A DNA stretch of 42,542 bases from Candidatus Aerophobota bacterium (GCA_034659655.1 JAYEHT010000207.1:1-42542); one strand, 5' to 3'. Positions 34,368 to 42,542 are shown, counted from the stretch's first letter. Notes: generated from the letters alone by a model not told the origin. A program made the numbers and translations.

Positions 34368-34792
34368 GGTCTGAAACATTTCATTTCTTATGACTCCACC
34401 GGACAGAAAGGAGTGGTGAAAGAGTACCTTTGTATCGATTCCAACGACCCTTTCAGGAAAACCGTAGTTTTTCCCATCACTGGCTACGTAATAGAACCAA
34501 AACCGGAACTTACCATCTTGCCGATTTTTTTAAATTTGGGAACTGTCAAACAGGGCGAAAAATGCACGGCGATAATCGAATTAAAAAACCGGGGAGAGAA
34601 AAAATTGAGATTGTAAATATTAATAGCTCTTCTAAATTGATAACCGTCACTCCCTCCTCAATAGAGATGGGGTCCGCTGAGGAATCGAAAATTGATATCA
34701 CTCTGAATCCCGGCAAAGAAACTGGCCAGATAGAAGAGTATCTTTACATCACTATCGCCCTTCCTATAGAGGTAGTGATTAAAGAGAGGTAA
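34368..34792 (+). pseudogene. Continuation of the DUF1573-repeat gene, disrupted by in-frame stops and a 1-nt frameshift
   Basis: In the same frame as 33759, this resumes as YDSTGQKGVVKEYLCIDSNDP... and runs into a third unit, FLNLGTVKQGEKCTAIIELKNRGEKK. The frame then shifts in the A6 run 34599-34604 and continues IEIVNINSSSKLITVTPSS... to the stop at 34792. Confidence 0.5.
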
Positions 34793-34796
34793 AATA

Positions 34797-36353
34797 ATGG
34801 GGAGACCGTTAATTTTTCTTAATAATACTCTATCTATCTTTCTCTTTTTAACAGTAATACTCTTAAACGTAGGTGCGCCGAGAATTTCCAAAGTCTTTGC
34901 TTTACCAGAAGGTAAAGTAAGAATGTTTATGTTCTATGCAGAAGATTGTCAGCATTGTCATTCCATAATTAATGAACTCCTGCCGGAGCTAAAGGAAAAA
35001 TATGGACCGATAATTGAGACAAAGTTATTTGAGATAAACGAGCCTGAAAACTATGACTTCTGGGTAGAGCTGGAAAAAGAGTGCGGAGATACGGAAAATG
35101 AGGTTCCTACAATATTCATCGATAATTATGTGCTGGGTAGTTGGGAGGAAATAGAGGAAAATCTGGAGAACATAGTCAAGCAGTCTATTCTTAAAGGAGG
35201 GTGTGACTGGCCTTCACTCCCAGGGGTAACAGTTGCTGAAGTTGAAGATTTTAGTCCGACCAGTAAAACTATTTATTTAGCTTACTTTTCCCAGCCGGGA
35301 TGTAAGGAATGTGAGCGGGCGCATTATATAATAAAGAATCTAAAGCTAAAATATCCCAATTTAAAGGTGAAGGAATACGACCTTTCTCTTGGGGAAAATA
35401 AAGAGTTAGAAGTTGCTTTATGTATGAGATATGGAGTTCCAAAGAGAAAATGGCTGGTGAGCCCGGCGGTCTTTATAGGTAAAGATTATCTGTTAGATAA
35501 AAAGATTAGTGAAGTTAATTTAAAAAAGATACTTTTGAAATACAGGCCGGTAGGGTCGCATCCTCCCCGGGAGAGTGTAGAGAGAGAACTTGCCCGGGCT
35601 AAAAAGGCTCTGGTAGGTGAATTCTGGTCCTGGAGGCCCCTTACGGTTATGGTGGCTGGCTTGATAGATGGCGTTAATCCCTGTGCTTTTGCCGTCATCA
35701 TATTTTTCGTATCCTGGTTAATAATTATTGGACGGAAAGGTAAGACAATATTGGCTGTAGGTTTAATCTACACTCTTGCCGTGTTCCTGGCCTATCTTCT
35801 GATTGGCATAGGGGCCCTCAGATTCGTCCAGGCACTGGTAGTTTTTCCATCAATTTCAGTAATAATCTATTCTCTCACGGTAATGGTTGCTTTAGCACTC
35901 GGTTTTTTTAGTCTGTATGATTATTTCAAGGCAAGAAAAGGTGAATGGAAAGAGATTAAACTTCAATTACCAGAGTTTTTAAAGAAAAGGATTCATAAGA
36001 CGACCCATCAATTTATGGGGTCCGATGCTAAGATGAGGACCCATCTGGTAGCAGCATTTGTGGTAGGATTTTTGGTATCCTTATTTGAGTTTCCCTGCAC
36101 AGGGCAGATCTATCTTCCCACCATAGTCTTTGTTACTCAAATGCCCGACTTGAAAATCAACGCCTTGAGCTACCTGATACTTTACAATCTTATGTTTATC
36201 ATTCCTCTGGGAATTATACTGGGGTTTACCTATTGGGGAACATCTGCGCCCCGGTTCGTTCAAATTTTGGAAAAGAATACAGGCCTGGTAAAAATATTAA
36301 CTGCTCTCTTTTTCTTTGGTTTAGCTGGATACTTAATCTATGCTATCCTGTAG
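34797..36353 (+). CDS. Membrane thiol-disulfide oxidoreductase: two thioredoxin-like CxxC domains fused to a DsbD/CcdA-like transmembrane domain
   Basis: 518 aa with an N-terminal anchor. The CxxC motifs are CQHC (FMFYAEDCQHCHS) and CKEC (FSQPGCKECERA). The C-terminal polytopic domain has the two conserved membrane cysteines (DGVNPCAFAV and FEFPCTGQIY) typical of the cytochrome c biogenesis/DsbD transmembrane family. The gene starts 4 nt after the DUF1573 stop. Confidence 0.75.
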   Translation: MGRPLIFLNNTLSIFLFLTVILLNVGAPRISKVFALPEGKVRMFMFYAEDCQHCHSIINELLPELKEKYGPIIETKLFEINEPENYDFWVELEKECGDTENEVPTIFIDNYVLGSWEEIEENLENIVKQSILKGGCDWPSLPGVTVAEVEDFSPTSKTIYLAYFSQPGCKECERAHYIIKNLKLKYPNLKVKEYDLSLGENKELEVALCMRYGVPKRKWLVSPAVFIGKDYLLDKKISEVNLKKILLKYRPVGSHPPRESVERELARAKKALVGEFWSWRPLTVMVAGLIDGVNPCAFAVIIFFVSWLIIIGRKGKTILAVGLIYTLAVFLAYLLIGIGALRFVQALVVFPSISVIIYSLTVMVALALGFFSLYDYFKARKGEWKEIKLQLPEFLKKRIHKTTHQFMGSDAKMRTHLVAAFVVGFLVSLFEFPCTGQIYLPTIVFVTQMPDLKINALSYLILYNLMFIIPLGIILGFTYWGTSAPRFVQILEKNTGLVKILTALFFFGLAGYLIYAIL

Positions 36354-36379
36354 CTCTTTAATTATATGGATTGGATTTT

Positions 36380-36413
36380 AAGGGAACAGCTTTTCCTCCT
36401 TCCCTTTTCTCTT
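36380..36413 (+). terminator. Weak candidate intrinsic terminator after the envelope locus
   Basis: AAGGGAA (36380-36386) pairs with TTCCCTT (36400-36406) around a 13-nt loop, followed by TTCTCTT. The stem is AT/GC mixed and the U-tract is modest. Confidence 0.3.
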
Positions 36414-36493
36414 CATAAACTTGGGTGAGTGCCGTAATACACAAACCTTCTATACTATGTCGCTAAGTGAAGTGGCTGCCTTTTCGGTTTCAT

Positions 36494-38140
36494 TTAGCCT
36501 GGTTTTACAGTCTTCTTTATGGTTCGGAGCAGGTCAACCAAGGCATAAGGTTTCTGTAGAAATAGAAATCCCTTTTTGTGTATGACGGACCATTGCGATT
36601 TCTCATCAGTGTAGCCACTGCTCAGCAGGATCGGAAGTTCGGGTTTACGAGAGAGGATTTGGTTAACCAATTGAAGACCATTTTCATCAGGCAGGACCAC
36701 GTCGCAGAAAACCAGGTGAAACTTTCCCTTCTCCCTCTCAAAGATATCCAGCGTCTCTTTTGCATTTGCGGCCCCAAATACGACGTAGCCATTTTCACCA
36801 AGTGCCCTTGTGACAAATTTGCGGACTTCTTCTTCATCTTCCACCAGCAGAATCCGCTGGCCACTGCCTTGAAGCGCTGGCAACGAAATCGTCTCTTTAC
36901 TTTCATCTTCCGGCTTCACGGAAAAAGCTGGCAGGTAGACCTTGAATGTTGAGCCCTGGCCGGGTTTACTATCAACATTTATCCACCCCTGGTGCTGTTT
37001 AACAATGCCATGGACAACAGACAGACCGAGTCCAGTACCCTTTCCAATCTCCTTGGTGCTGAAAAAAGGCTCAAAGATGCGCTGAATGATTTCTTTATTC
37101 ATACCGATTCCCGTATCCGCAACCGATAGACAAACAAATTTGCCGCACCGCACTTCGGGAATAACCTGCCGGTGGTCCTCGTTTAGGGTCGCGTTTTCGG
37201 TCTTGATAATGAGTTTCCCACCTTTTGGCATGGCATCCCTGGCATTGACCGCCAGATTCATAATCACCTGCTCAATATTTCCCGCATCGGCCCTTACTGT
37301 CCAGAGGTCAGGCTTCGGGTATGTCTCGATGGTAATGTCTTCACCGATAAGGCGGTTGAGCATCTTCAGTAAATCCTTAATCGTCTTGTTGACGTTAAGG
37401 TATGTAAACTCCATTGGCTGCCTGCGGCTGAAGAGAAGCAATTGGCGGATGAGATTTGCCGCACGCATAGAAGCACGACGTATATCCTTCAGATACTTAT
37501 ATGAAGGACCATCCCTGTCAAATTTTTCCATCAACAGCTCTGTATTTCCTTGAATAGGCACCAGCAGATTATTGAGATCGTGAGCAACTCCTCCAGCCAA
37601 TGTTCCAATAGCTTCCATTTTCTGCGCCTGGAAGAGCTGGGTTTGTATCTTTTTTATCTCTTTCTCCGCGTGCTTGCGCTCAGTGATGTCTTCTCCTGAA
37701 CTTAAAGTGCCAGTGATATTACCTGCTTGATCTCTCAGTAGAGTATCGTGCCATGCGATAATTTTCTCCTCGCCGGTTCTGGTCAAAACAGGATTTTCAA
37801 GATATTCGACCGGCTCAATCTCTCCCGCCATTAACTTTATGAAGGTCTCTCTTATTTCATCCCTGACTCTTTCCGGAATAAACGTATCGAACCAGTTTTT
37901 TCCAATAATCTCATTTTGTTCATATCCCAAAATCTCACAGCCCTTTTTATTTATAAGAGTTACCTTCTGGTCAGCATTAATAGCTATCATCATAACTGCC
38001 GCAATATCAAGGTACTTTTCGGCCTTATTTCTCTCTTTTTGCAGTGCTTCTTCTGATTTCCTGTTCTGGACTTCTGATGCCTCTATTTCAGCAATTCGCT
38101 GGTTAAGAGCCATTAATTCATCTATAACCTCATCTTTCAT
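36494..38140 (-). CDS. Cytoplasmic hybrid sensor histidine kinase (coiled coil, PAS, HisKA, HATPase, C-terminal receiver)
   Basis: 548 aa with no TM segment. It has the H-box GGVAHDLNNLL, the N-box NLAVNARDAM, G-boxes DTGIGM and GTGLGL, and a receiver with LLVEDEEE...FCDVVLPD...QKPY. Confidence 0.9.
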   Translation of the reverse strand: MKDEVIDELMALNQRIAEIEASEVQNRKSEEALQKERNKAEKYLDIAAVMMIAINADQKVTLINKKGCEILGYEQNEIIGKNWFDTFIPERVRDEIRETFIKLMAGEIEPVEYLENPVLTRTGEEKIIAWHDTLLRDQAGNITGTLSSGEDITERKHAEKEIKKIQTQLFQAQKMEAIGTLAGGVAHDLNNLLVPIQGNTELLMEKFDRDGPSYKYLKDIRRASMRAANLIRQLLLFSRRQPMEFTYLNVNKTIKDLLKMLNRLIGEDITIETYPKPDLWTVRADAGNIEQVIMNLAVNARDAMPKGGKLIIKTENATLNEDHRQVIPEVRCGKFVCLSVADTGIGMNKEIIQRIFEPFFSTKEIGKGTGLGLSVVHGIVKQHQGWINVDSKPGQGSTFKVYLPAFSVKPEDESKETISLPALQGSGQRILLVEDEEEVRKFVTRALGENGYVVFGAANAKETLDIFEREKGKFHLVFCDVVLPDENGLQLVNQILSRKPELPILLSSGYTDEKSQWSVIHKKGFLFLQKPYALVDLLRTIKKTVKPG

Positions 38141-38271
38141 CCTGGAGACCTCCTAAAATAGGCAGCAATTTCACCTTTTAGAAAAACTTACCTCTTCGTA
38201 TAATGTAAAGTTGAATTTTAACTTACCTAATAAACCAAGCGGCCCGTATACTGGAACATGGTGGGAAGATT

Positions 38272-39177
38272 CTATTCTCGGGTTTCCTGGATTCTCTTCT
38301 CGAGGATTCGATCGGGGGAAAAATCCCTTAGTTGGAGATAAAAGATAGATGCATCAATTAAGGCATCTAAAGGAACAAGGCCTATTATTTCGCTTTCTCT
38401 CACAGATACCCCATAATGTTTTGCCTCTGTTTTAATTAGCTCTACAACTCTATACAAGGGAGTAGTTTTATAATCTGTTATATTCATAGATACCTGAACC
38501 ATACCTTCTTTCTTCAGTTCAACTCCTATCGCCTTAAGATGCATTAATCCACCGCTACTCGCTCTTATATCTTTAGCAATTCTCTTAGCTATTTTTATAT
38601 CCGTGGTCCCTAAATTTACATTGAAAGCTATAAGGGGCATCCTTGCTCCTACTACGGTGGCTCCGGCTGTGGGATGGAGAGAAGGCTTGCCAAAATCAGG
38701 ACGCCTCTCCGGTTTGGTTATCTCTTTTTTTAATGTCTCATATCCTCCTCTGCGAATATTCTCTAAATTTTTTCTCTCCGGTCTTATAGCAGCCTCTTCA
38801 TAAAGGTAAACAGGAATTTTCAACTTTTCAGCTACCTCTTCCCCCAAATCCCTCGCTAATTTGACACATTCCTCCATAGTTATTCCCTCAAGAGGAATAA
38901 GAGGGATAACGTCGGTGGCACCTATTCGTGGATGAGCACCTTTATGTTCTTCCATATTAATCAGTTCTGCCGCTTTTTTAGCAGCATAGAAAATTGCTTC
39001 TTTTACTGGTTGAGGTTCTCCAACAAAAGTTATCACCATTCTATTATGGTCCTCATCCCGTGAATAATTAAGAAGCCAAACCCCTCTTTTATCTCTAATT
39101 TGGTCAACAATCGCCTCGATAACCTCTTTTCTTTTCCCTTCACTAAAATTGGGAACACACTCCACTAACTTTGACAT
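38272..39177 (-). CDS. Glutamate formimidoyltransferase (formiminotransferase domain only)
   Basis: 301 aa starting with the signature ECVPNFSEGKR, with the length and blocks of the FT domain of FtcD and no cyclodeaminase domain. Confidence 0.85.
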   Translation of the reverse strand: MSKLVECVPNFSEGKRKEVIEAIVDQIRDKRGVWLLNYSRDEDHNRMVITFVGEPQPVKEAIFYAAKKAAELINMEEHKGAHPRIGATDVIPLIPLEGITMEECVKLARDLGEEVAEKLKIPVYLYEEAAIRPERKNLENIRRGGYETLKKEITKPERRPDFGKPSLHPTAGATVVGARMPLIAFNVNLGTTDIKIAKRIAKDIRASSGGLMHLKAIGVELKKEGMVQVSMNITDYKTTPLYRVVELIKTEAKHYGVSVRESEIIGLVPLDALIDASIFYLQLRDFSPDRILEKRIQETRE

Positions 39178-39256
39178 AATTTACATCCAGTTATCTACAT
39201 TATACCAGTACCAGGAAAGTATTAGTAATAAGTTTGTTGAGTTTACAGGTATCGAG

Positions 39257-39501
39257 GGACTTTCCCCGAAGGAGCCTTACAGGAGCTACCTTAACGAGTA
39301 TTCGAGTTGAGGAAAAAGAAAGACTTGCTGTTTGAGGAGCTCTGCGACCTGCTCTGCTTGTTTTTGAATTTGGGGGGAGCAGCGTAGAAGAGAGGGGGGA
39401 TATTTCCCCCCTTCAAAATCCTTCAAGTCTTTCCTGTAGCTAAGAAAACGAGCAGAAACAATCCAAAGCGGATATACTCTGGTGGTGAGGGAAAAGTCCC
39501 G
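39257..39501. other. ORF-free GC-enriched segment with nested long-range complementarity (candidate structured RNA, strand undetermined)
   Basis: Complementary pairs are 39257-39268/39490-39501 (12 positions, one non-Watson-Crick), 39319-39328/39425-39434 (10 of 10) and 39355-39365/39446-39456 (11, one wobble on the plus strand). There is also a hairpin at 39395-39412 (GGGGGGA-TATT-TCCCCCC). No ORF of 60 aa or more occurs on either strand in 39178-39633. Confidence 0.25.
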
Positions 39502-39633
39502 AGATTCTCTTGAGTATTTTCAAAATTTCATTTCGAGAGCTCTGAAGAACCTTCACAATAATCTGATTACGCAGATTCTTAAAAATGATTACACCGATTA
39601 ATCAGAGATTTCTGACTTTTTAGAAATCTCATT

Positions 39634-40374
39634 TTATGTTTTCCTTTTCTTCTTCAAAATTTTCCAGGCTCTCTTTAGTTCTTTAGGAGTATTAATACCC
39701 AAAACCACATCAGGCTCATCAGCTCTTAAGGCATGCACTTTTAACTTTCTTTCACTTAATAATTCAACTATATCAGTTAAATAGTATTCTCCTCCTGCGT
39801 TATTGCGGTCTATGCAGGAAAGGAGTGGAAGCAGTTTCTGGGTATCAAAACAGTAAATACCACTATTTACCTCTCGAATTTTTATCTCTTCAGGGGCGGC
39901 ATCTTTACTCTCCACAATCTTTTTAATTTGTTTATGACCGTTTCTAATAATTCTTCCGTAGGAGCCAGGAGAGGGAAGAAAAGCAGTTAATATGGTAGCC
40001 ACAACTCTTTCCTCTCGATGATAATTAACTAATTTAATAATTGTAGAGGGAGTAACAAAGGGAGCGTCTCCGGGAAGCACCACTAACTCTCCTTTGAAAT
40101 CTTTCAACAAAGGGGCGGCTCGTTTAAGAGCATCTCCCGTGCCCAATCTTTTATCCTGAAATGCATACTTAAAACCTTCTCCTAAAATAGATTTTACCTT
40201 ATCTGCCTGATAACCCACTACAACAATAACCTCCTTAATTCCGCTTTCTAAACAGGTATTAACAGGAAAACTTACCAAAGCCTGGGAATCCAGGGAATGA
40301 GCTAATTTAATCAATCCTGACCTCATCCTTGTTCCTTCCCCTGCTGCTAAAACAACCGCCTTTACATTCTCCAT
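39634..40374 (-). CDS. Sugar-1-phosphate nucleotidyltransferase resembling the N-terminal (uridyltransferase) half of GlmU, without the left-handed beta-helix acetyltransferase domain
   Basis: 246 aa with LAAGEGTRM, the QDKRLGTGDA-type block, VLPGDAP and GEYYLTD motifs as in the GlmU N domain. The ORF ends where the LbH domain would start. Confidence 0.7.
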   Translation of the reverse strand: MENVKAVVLAAGEGTRMRSGLIKLAHSLDSQALVSFPVNTCLESGIKEVIVVVGYQADKVKSILGEGFKYAFQDKRLGTGDALKRAAPLLKDFKGELVVLPGDAPFVTPSTIIKLVNYHREERVVATILTAFLPSPGSYGRIIRNGHKQIKKIVESKDAAPEEIKIREVNSGIYCFDTQKLLPLLSCIDRNNAGGEYYLTDIVELLSERKLKVHALRADEPDVVLGINTPKELKRAWKILKKKRKT

Positions 40375-40426
40375 TTTCTTCCTTCTCTCCTTTTTTCTTA
40401 TTAAAATATCAGTAATTCTGCATTTG

Positions 40427-41989
40427 TCAACTAACCTTCCTTTTTGTAAATATTCTTAAGACATTTTTAAATTCCTCTAACTTTAAGATATAAGATAAGA
40501 AAGAGAATATACTCACTCCTACCCCTACTCCAAGGCCTACCTGGACAATCTGAAATATTATGGAGGGCAACCTCTCCTTAAAAGTAGATATCTCTTTGAA
40601 CAGTAAAAAGATCCCCATTCCCATTATTACGGTGATAAGAATAATTTTCAAAAAAGAGTGAAGAATCTTTTTCCCTCCTATTCTTTTTAGCCTCTTCCTC
40701 AATAAAAAAAGTAGAATAAACATATTGACCATCATAGAAATGGAGGTAGCCAGCGCTAATCCTCCCTGTTTTAAAGGCGATATCAAAAGAAAGTTGAGCA
40801 GGGCATTAAGGCCTAATATAATTACGGATATAATCACAGGGGTAACAATGTCTTGTAAGGAGTAAAAAGCTCTCGTGATAATCATAACCTCTCCCATAGC
40901 AAATAAACCAAGCGAATAATAAAATAAAGCCTGGGAGGTCATCAGTGTATCTTTTACAAGAAAGAGTCCATGCTGGAAAAGAAGAGAAATTAGGGGTTCT
41001 CTGATCATAATCAGTCCCATACTGGAGGGAAGCAAAACCAGAAGAACCATCCTTATCCCCAAGGATATGTTCTCTCTTAGCTTCTGCATCTTTTCTTTAG
41101 CTGCTAAAGTAGATAAAGTAGGAAAGATAGCTGTAGATAAAGCTATGGCAAAAAGACCCAGAGGAAATTGTATTAACCTCATAGCATACTGAAGGGAGGA
41201 GATACTACCAGCGGAAAGAGTGGAGGCGAAAATACGATTGATAATTATATTAATTTGAAGAGTGATCCCTCCAAAAAGAGCCGGGACCATTAATTTAGCA
41301 ATCTTGTGCAATCCGGGGTCTTTAAAAGATAAAAAAAGACGATAGGCAAATCCCTCTTTAAGTAATGAAGGAACCTGAAATAAGAGTTGCATTCCTCCTC
41401 CCACTACCACACCCAAAGCTAAACTATAAATCCCATATTTAGGAGTCAATGCTAAAGAAAATAGAATAATAGCTATATTAAACATAAGAGGAGCAAAGGC
41501 AGGAGCAGTAAAATGTTCCTTACAATTGAGGACAGCCATCACTAAAGCTGCTAAGCTGATAAATATAAGGAAGGGAAACATAAACTGGGTCATTCGGATA
41601 GCCAAACTCATCTGAGAAGGATTCTCTCTAAAGCCGAAAGCTAAATAGGGAATGTAGTAAGGAGCCAAAAGAATTCCTGCGGCTGTTGTTGCTAATAAAA
41701 TCAGAATTAAAAGAGTGAAAACATTATTGACTAACTTCCTGGTTTCATCCTCTCCCTTTTTAGATAGCCATTCACTGAGAACAGGAATAAAGGCAGCACT
41801 CAATGCTCCTTCTGCCAGAAGGGACCTGAAAAGGTTAGGGATGGTAAATCCTACCCAGAAGGCATCGGTAGCTTCTGAGTAACCGAATATATAGGCAATA
41901 ACTTGCAGTCTCACTAAACCGAGGATGCGCGAAAGAAGAGTTCCCAGACCCACTATACCTGCCGCCTTTATTACTGCGTCTTTCTTCAA
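40427..41989 (-). CDS. murJ: Lipid II flippase MurJ (MviN family)
   Basis: 520 aa and polytopic, with the N-terminal LLSRILGLVR...FGYSEATDAFWVGFTIPNLFRSLLAEGALSAAFIP signature of MurJ. Confidence 0.9.
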   Translation of the reverse strand: MKKDAVIKAAGIVGLGTLLSRILGLVRLQVIAYIFGYSEATDAFWVGFTIPNLFRSLLAEGALSAAFIPVLSEWLSKKGEDETRKLVNNVFTLLILILLATTAAGILLAPYYIPYLAFGFRENPSQMSLAIRMTQFMFPFLIFISLAALVMAVLNCKEHFTAPAFAPLMFNIAIILFSLALTPKYGIYSLALGVVVGGGMQLLFQVPSLLKEGFAYRLFLSFKDPGLHKIAKLMVPALFGGITLQINIIINRIFASTLSAGSISSLQYAMRLIQFPLGLFAIALSTAIFPTLSTLAAKEKMQKLRENISLGIRMVLLVLLPSSMGLIMIREPLISLLFQHGLFLVKDTLMTSQALFYYSLGLFAMGEVMIITRAFYSLQDIVTPVIISVIILGLNALLNFLLISPLKQGGLALATSISMMVNMFILLFLLRKRLKRIGGKKILHSFLKIILITVIMGMGIFLLFKEISTFKERLPSIIFQIVQVGLGVGVGVSIFSFLSYILKLEEFKNVLRIFTKRKVS

Positions 41990-42006
41990 ACTTTAACAGT
42001 CCTCGG

Positions 42007-42034
42007 TTGCAAAAATTTTAAAATTTAGTAGAAT
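42007..42034 (+). promoter_or_regulatory. Candidate promoter of rpsT
   Basis: TTGCAA (42007-42012), a 16-nt spacer, then TAGAAT (42029-42034), about 35 nt upstream of the rpsT ATG. Confidence 0.4.
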
Positions 42035-42070
42035 ATTGGTATCATTGGATGCTATTTAAGGAGTTAAAAA

Positions 42071-42331
42071 ATGCCCATTATTAAATCGTCTAAAAAAAGT
42101 ATGAAAAAGAACCAACAGAGAAGGGAACGTAATCAAAGTATAGAGAGCAAAGCTAAAACAGGGATTAAAAAAATAAATGAGCTTATTACCCAAAAAAAGG
42201 GAGAGGAAGCAAAAAAAATCCTTCCTCACATTGTAAGCCTTATTGATAATACAGCTCAGAAGGGAATCTGGCACAAAAATAAAGCCGCCCGGGAAAAATC
42301 TAAATTGATGAAAAAGCTGAGCTTTAAGTAA
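42071..42331 (+). CDS. rpsT: 30S ribosomal protein S20
   Basis: 86 aa and highly basic. The N terminus MPIIKSSKKSMKKNQQRRERN and the overall pattern are typical of S20. The SD AAGGAG lies upstream. Confidence 0.9.
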   Translation: MPIIKSSKKSMKKNQQRRERNQSIESKAKTGIKKINELITQKKGEEAKKILPHIVSLIDNTAQKGIWHKNKAAREKSKLMKKLSFK

Positions 42332-42337
42332 GTTTAT

Positions 42338-42400
42338 CTCAGATTCGACAATCTGAGCAATATTTTTCGCAATAACAAGAGACAGGGAGTCTTGTTTTTT
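42338..42400 (+). terminator. Two tandem hairpins with T-runs downstream of rpsT
   Basis: The first hairpin is CTCAGATT-CGAC-AATCTGAG (42338-42357), followed by CAATATTTTT. The second pairs AACAAGA (42374-42380) with TCTTGTT (42390-42396) and ends in a T-run to 42400. Confidence 0.45.
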
Positions 42401-42542
42401 CCTCTAATCCTTTACCCCTTTAATCCTCTAATCCTGTGTTTTCCCTTTAAGATCCCTCTTTTCTTATAGCTTGCCCTATCATTTTAGAGAAGTCAAATGC
42501 TTCCAGAATATTAAGAGGCAAAGGAAAGACTATGGTAGAGTT

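Noticed and set aside
34300-34390. The idea that the scrambled 90-nt segment of the DUF1573 gene is a local inversion.
   Set aside because: I translated the reverse complement in all frames and found no S-C-G-C / PG..G-type DUF1573 sequence.
39395-39412. The hairpin GGGGGGA-TATT-TCCCCCC as an intrinsic terminator.
   Set aside because: No U-run follows it on either strand.
39257-39501. GGGAAAGTCCC-like strings resembling the RNase P RNA P4 motif (GAGGAAAGUCCGGGC).
   Set aside because: The two strings are simply complementary to each other. The segment is too short, and it lacks the other universally conserved RNase P blocks (for example ACAGAAnnCGGCUUA). No tmRNA 5' or 3' ends (GGGG...UCGAC; T-arm ...CCACCA) were seen either.
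42447-42542. An open minus-strand frame at the window edge that ends ...LPLNILEAFDFSKMIGQAIRKEGS* (31 residues).
   Set aside because: It is too short to identify or to distinguish from chance.

Overview
This is an AT-rich 42.5-kb window that reads like a chromosome segment of an anaerobic, probably diderm, uncultivated-type bacterium. It uses AGGAGG-type Shine-Dalgarno (SD) sites and canonical TTGACA/TATAAT promoters; the phylum cannot be assigned from sequence alone. (1) 1-12.6 kb, all minus strand: the 5' part of thiC, a DUF89 phosphatase, yggS, and a feoA / split feoB / DtxR-family iron operon with an IdeR/DtxR-type palindromic operator. These are followed by nth and an oxygen-defence plus Fe-S/sulfur-relay island: two erythrin-like diiron proteins, DsrE-like, TusA-like, an IscU-DUF59 fusion, NifS, desulfoferrodoxin, Hsp20, a small wHTH protein, peroxiredoxin, a PAS protein and a flavin-reductase-rubredoxin fusion. 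(2) 12.9-14.8 kb: a 1431-bp cassette holding a decayed IS91-family transposase. It is bracketed by 251-bp inverted repeats (12 mismatches, no indels) and carries outward-facing promoters, one a perfect TTGACA-N17-TATAAT. (3) 15.1-36.4 kb, all plus strand: a cell-envelope locus, which is the best candidate here for an undescribed system. It encodes an 811-aa beta-barrel-like protein, a 926-aa Ig-repeat surface protein, a 4322-aa giant protein, a decaying DUF1573 gene and a Trx-Trx-DsbD-like membrane oxidoreductase. The giant protein has more than 20 DUF11-type repeats, a 1332-bp internal duplication identical bar one base, and two tandem ~500-530-aa helix-rich toroid-like modules near its C terminus. 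(4) 36.5-42.5 kb: a cytoplasmic hybrid histidine kinase, glutamate formimidoyltransferase, a 456-bp ORF-free GC-enriched intergenic region with long-range complementarity (possible structured RNA), a GlmU-N-terminal-like nucleotidyltransferase, murJ and rpsT. No rRNA, tRNA or CRISPR array was seen.
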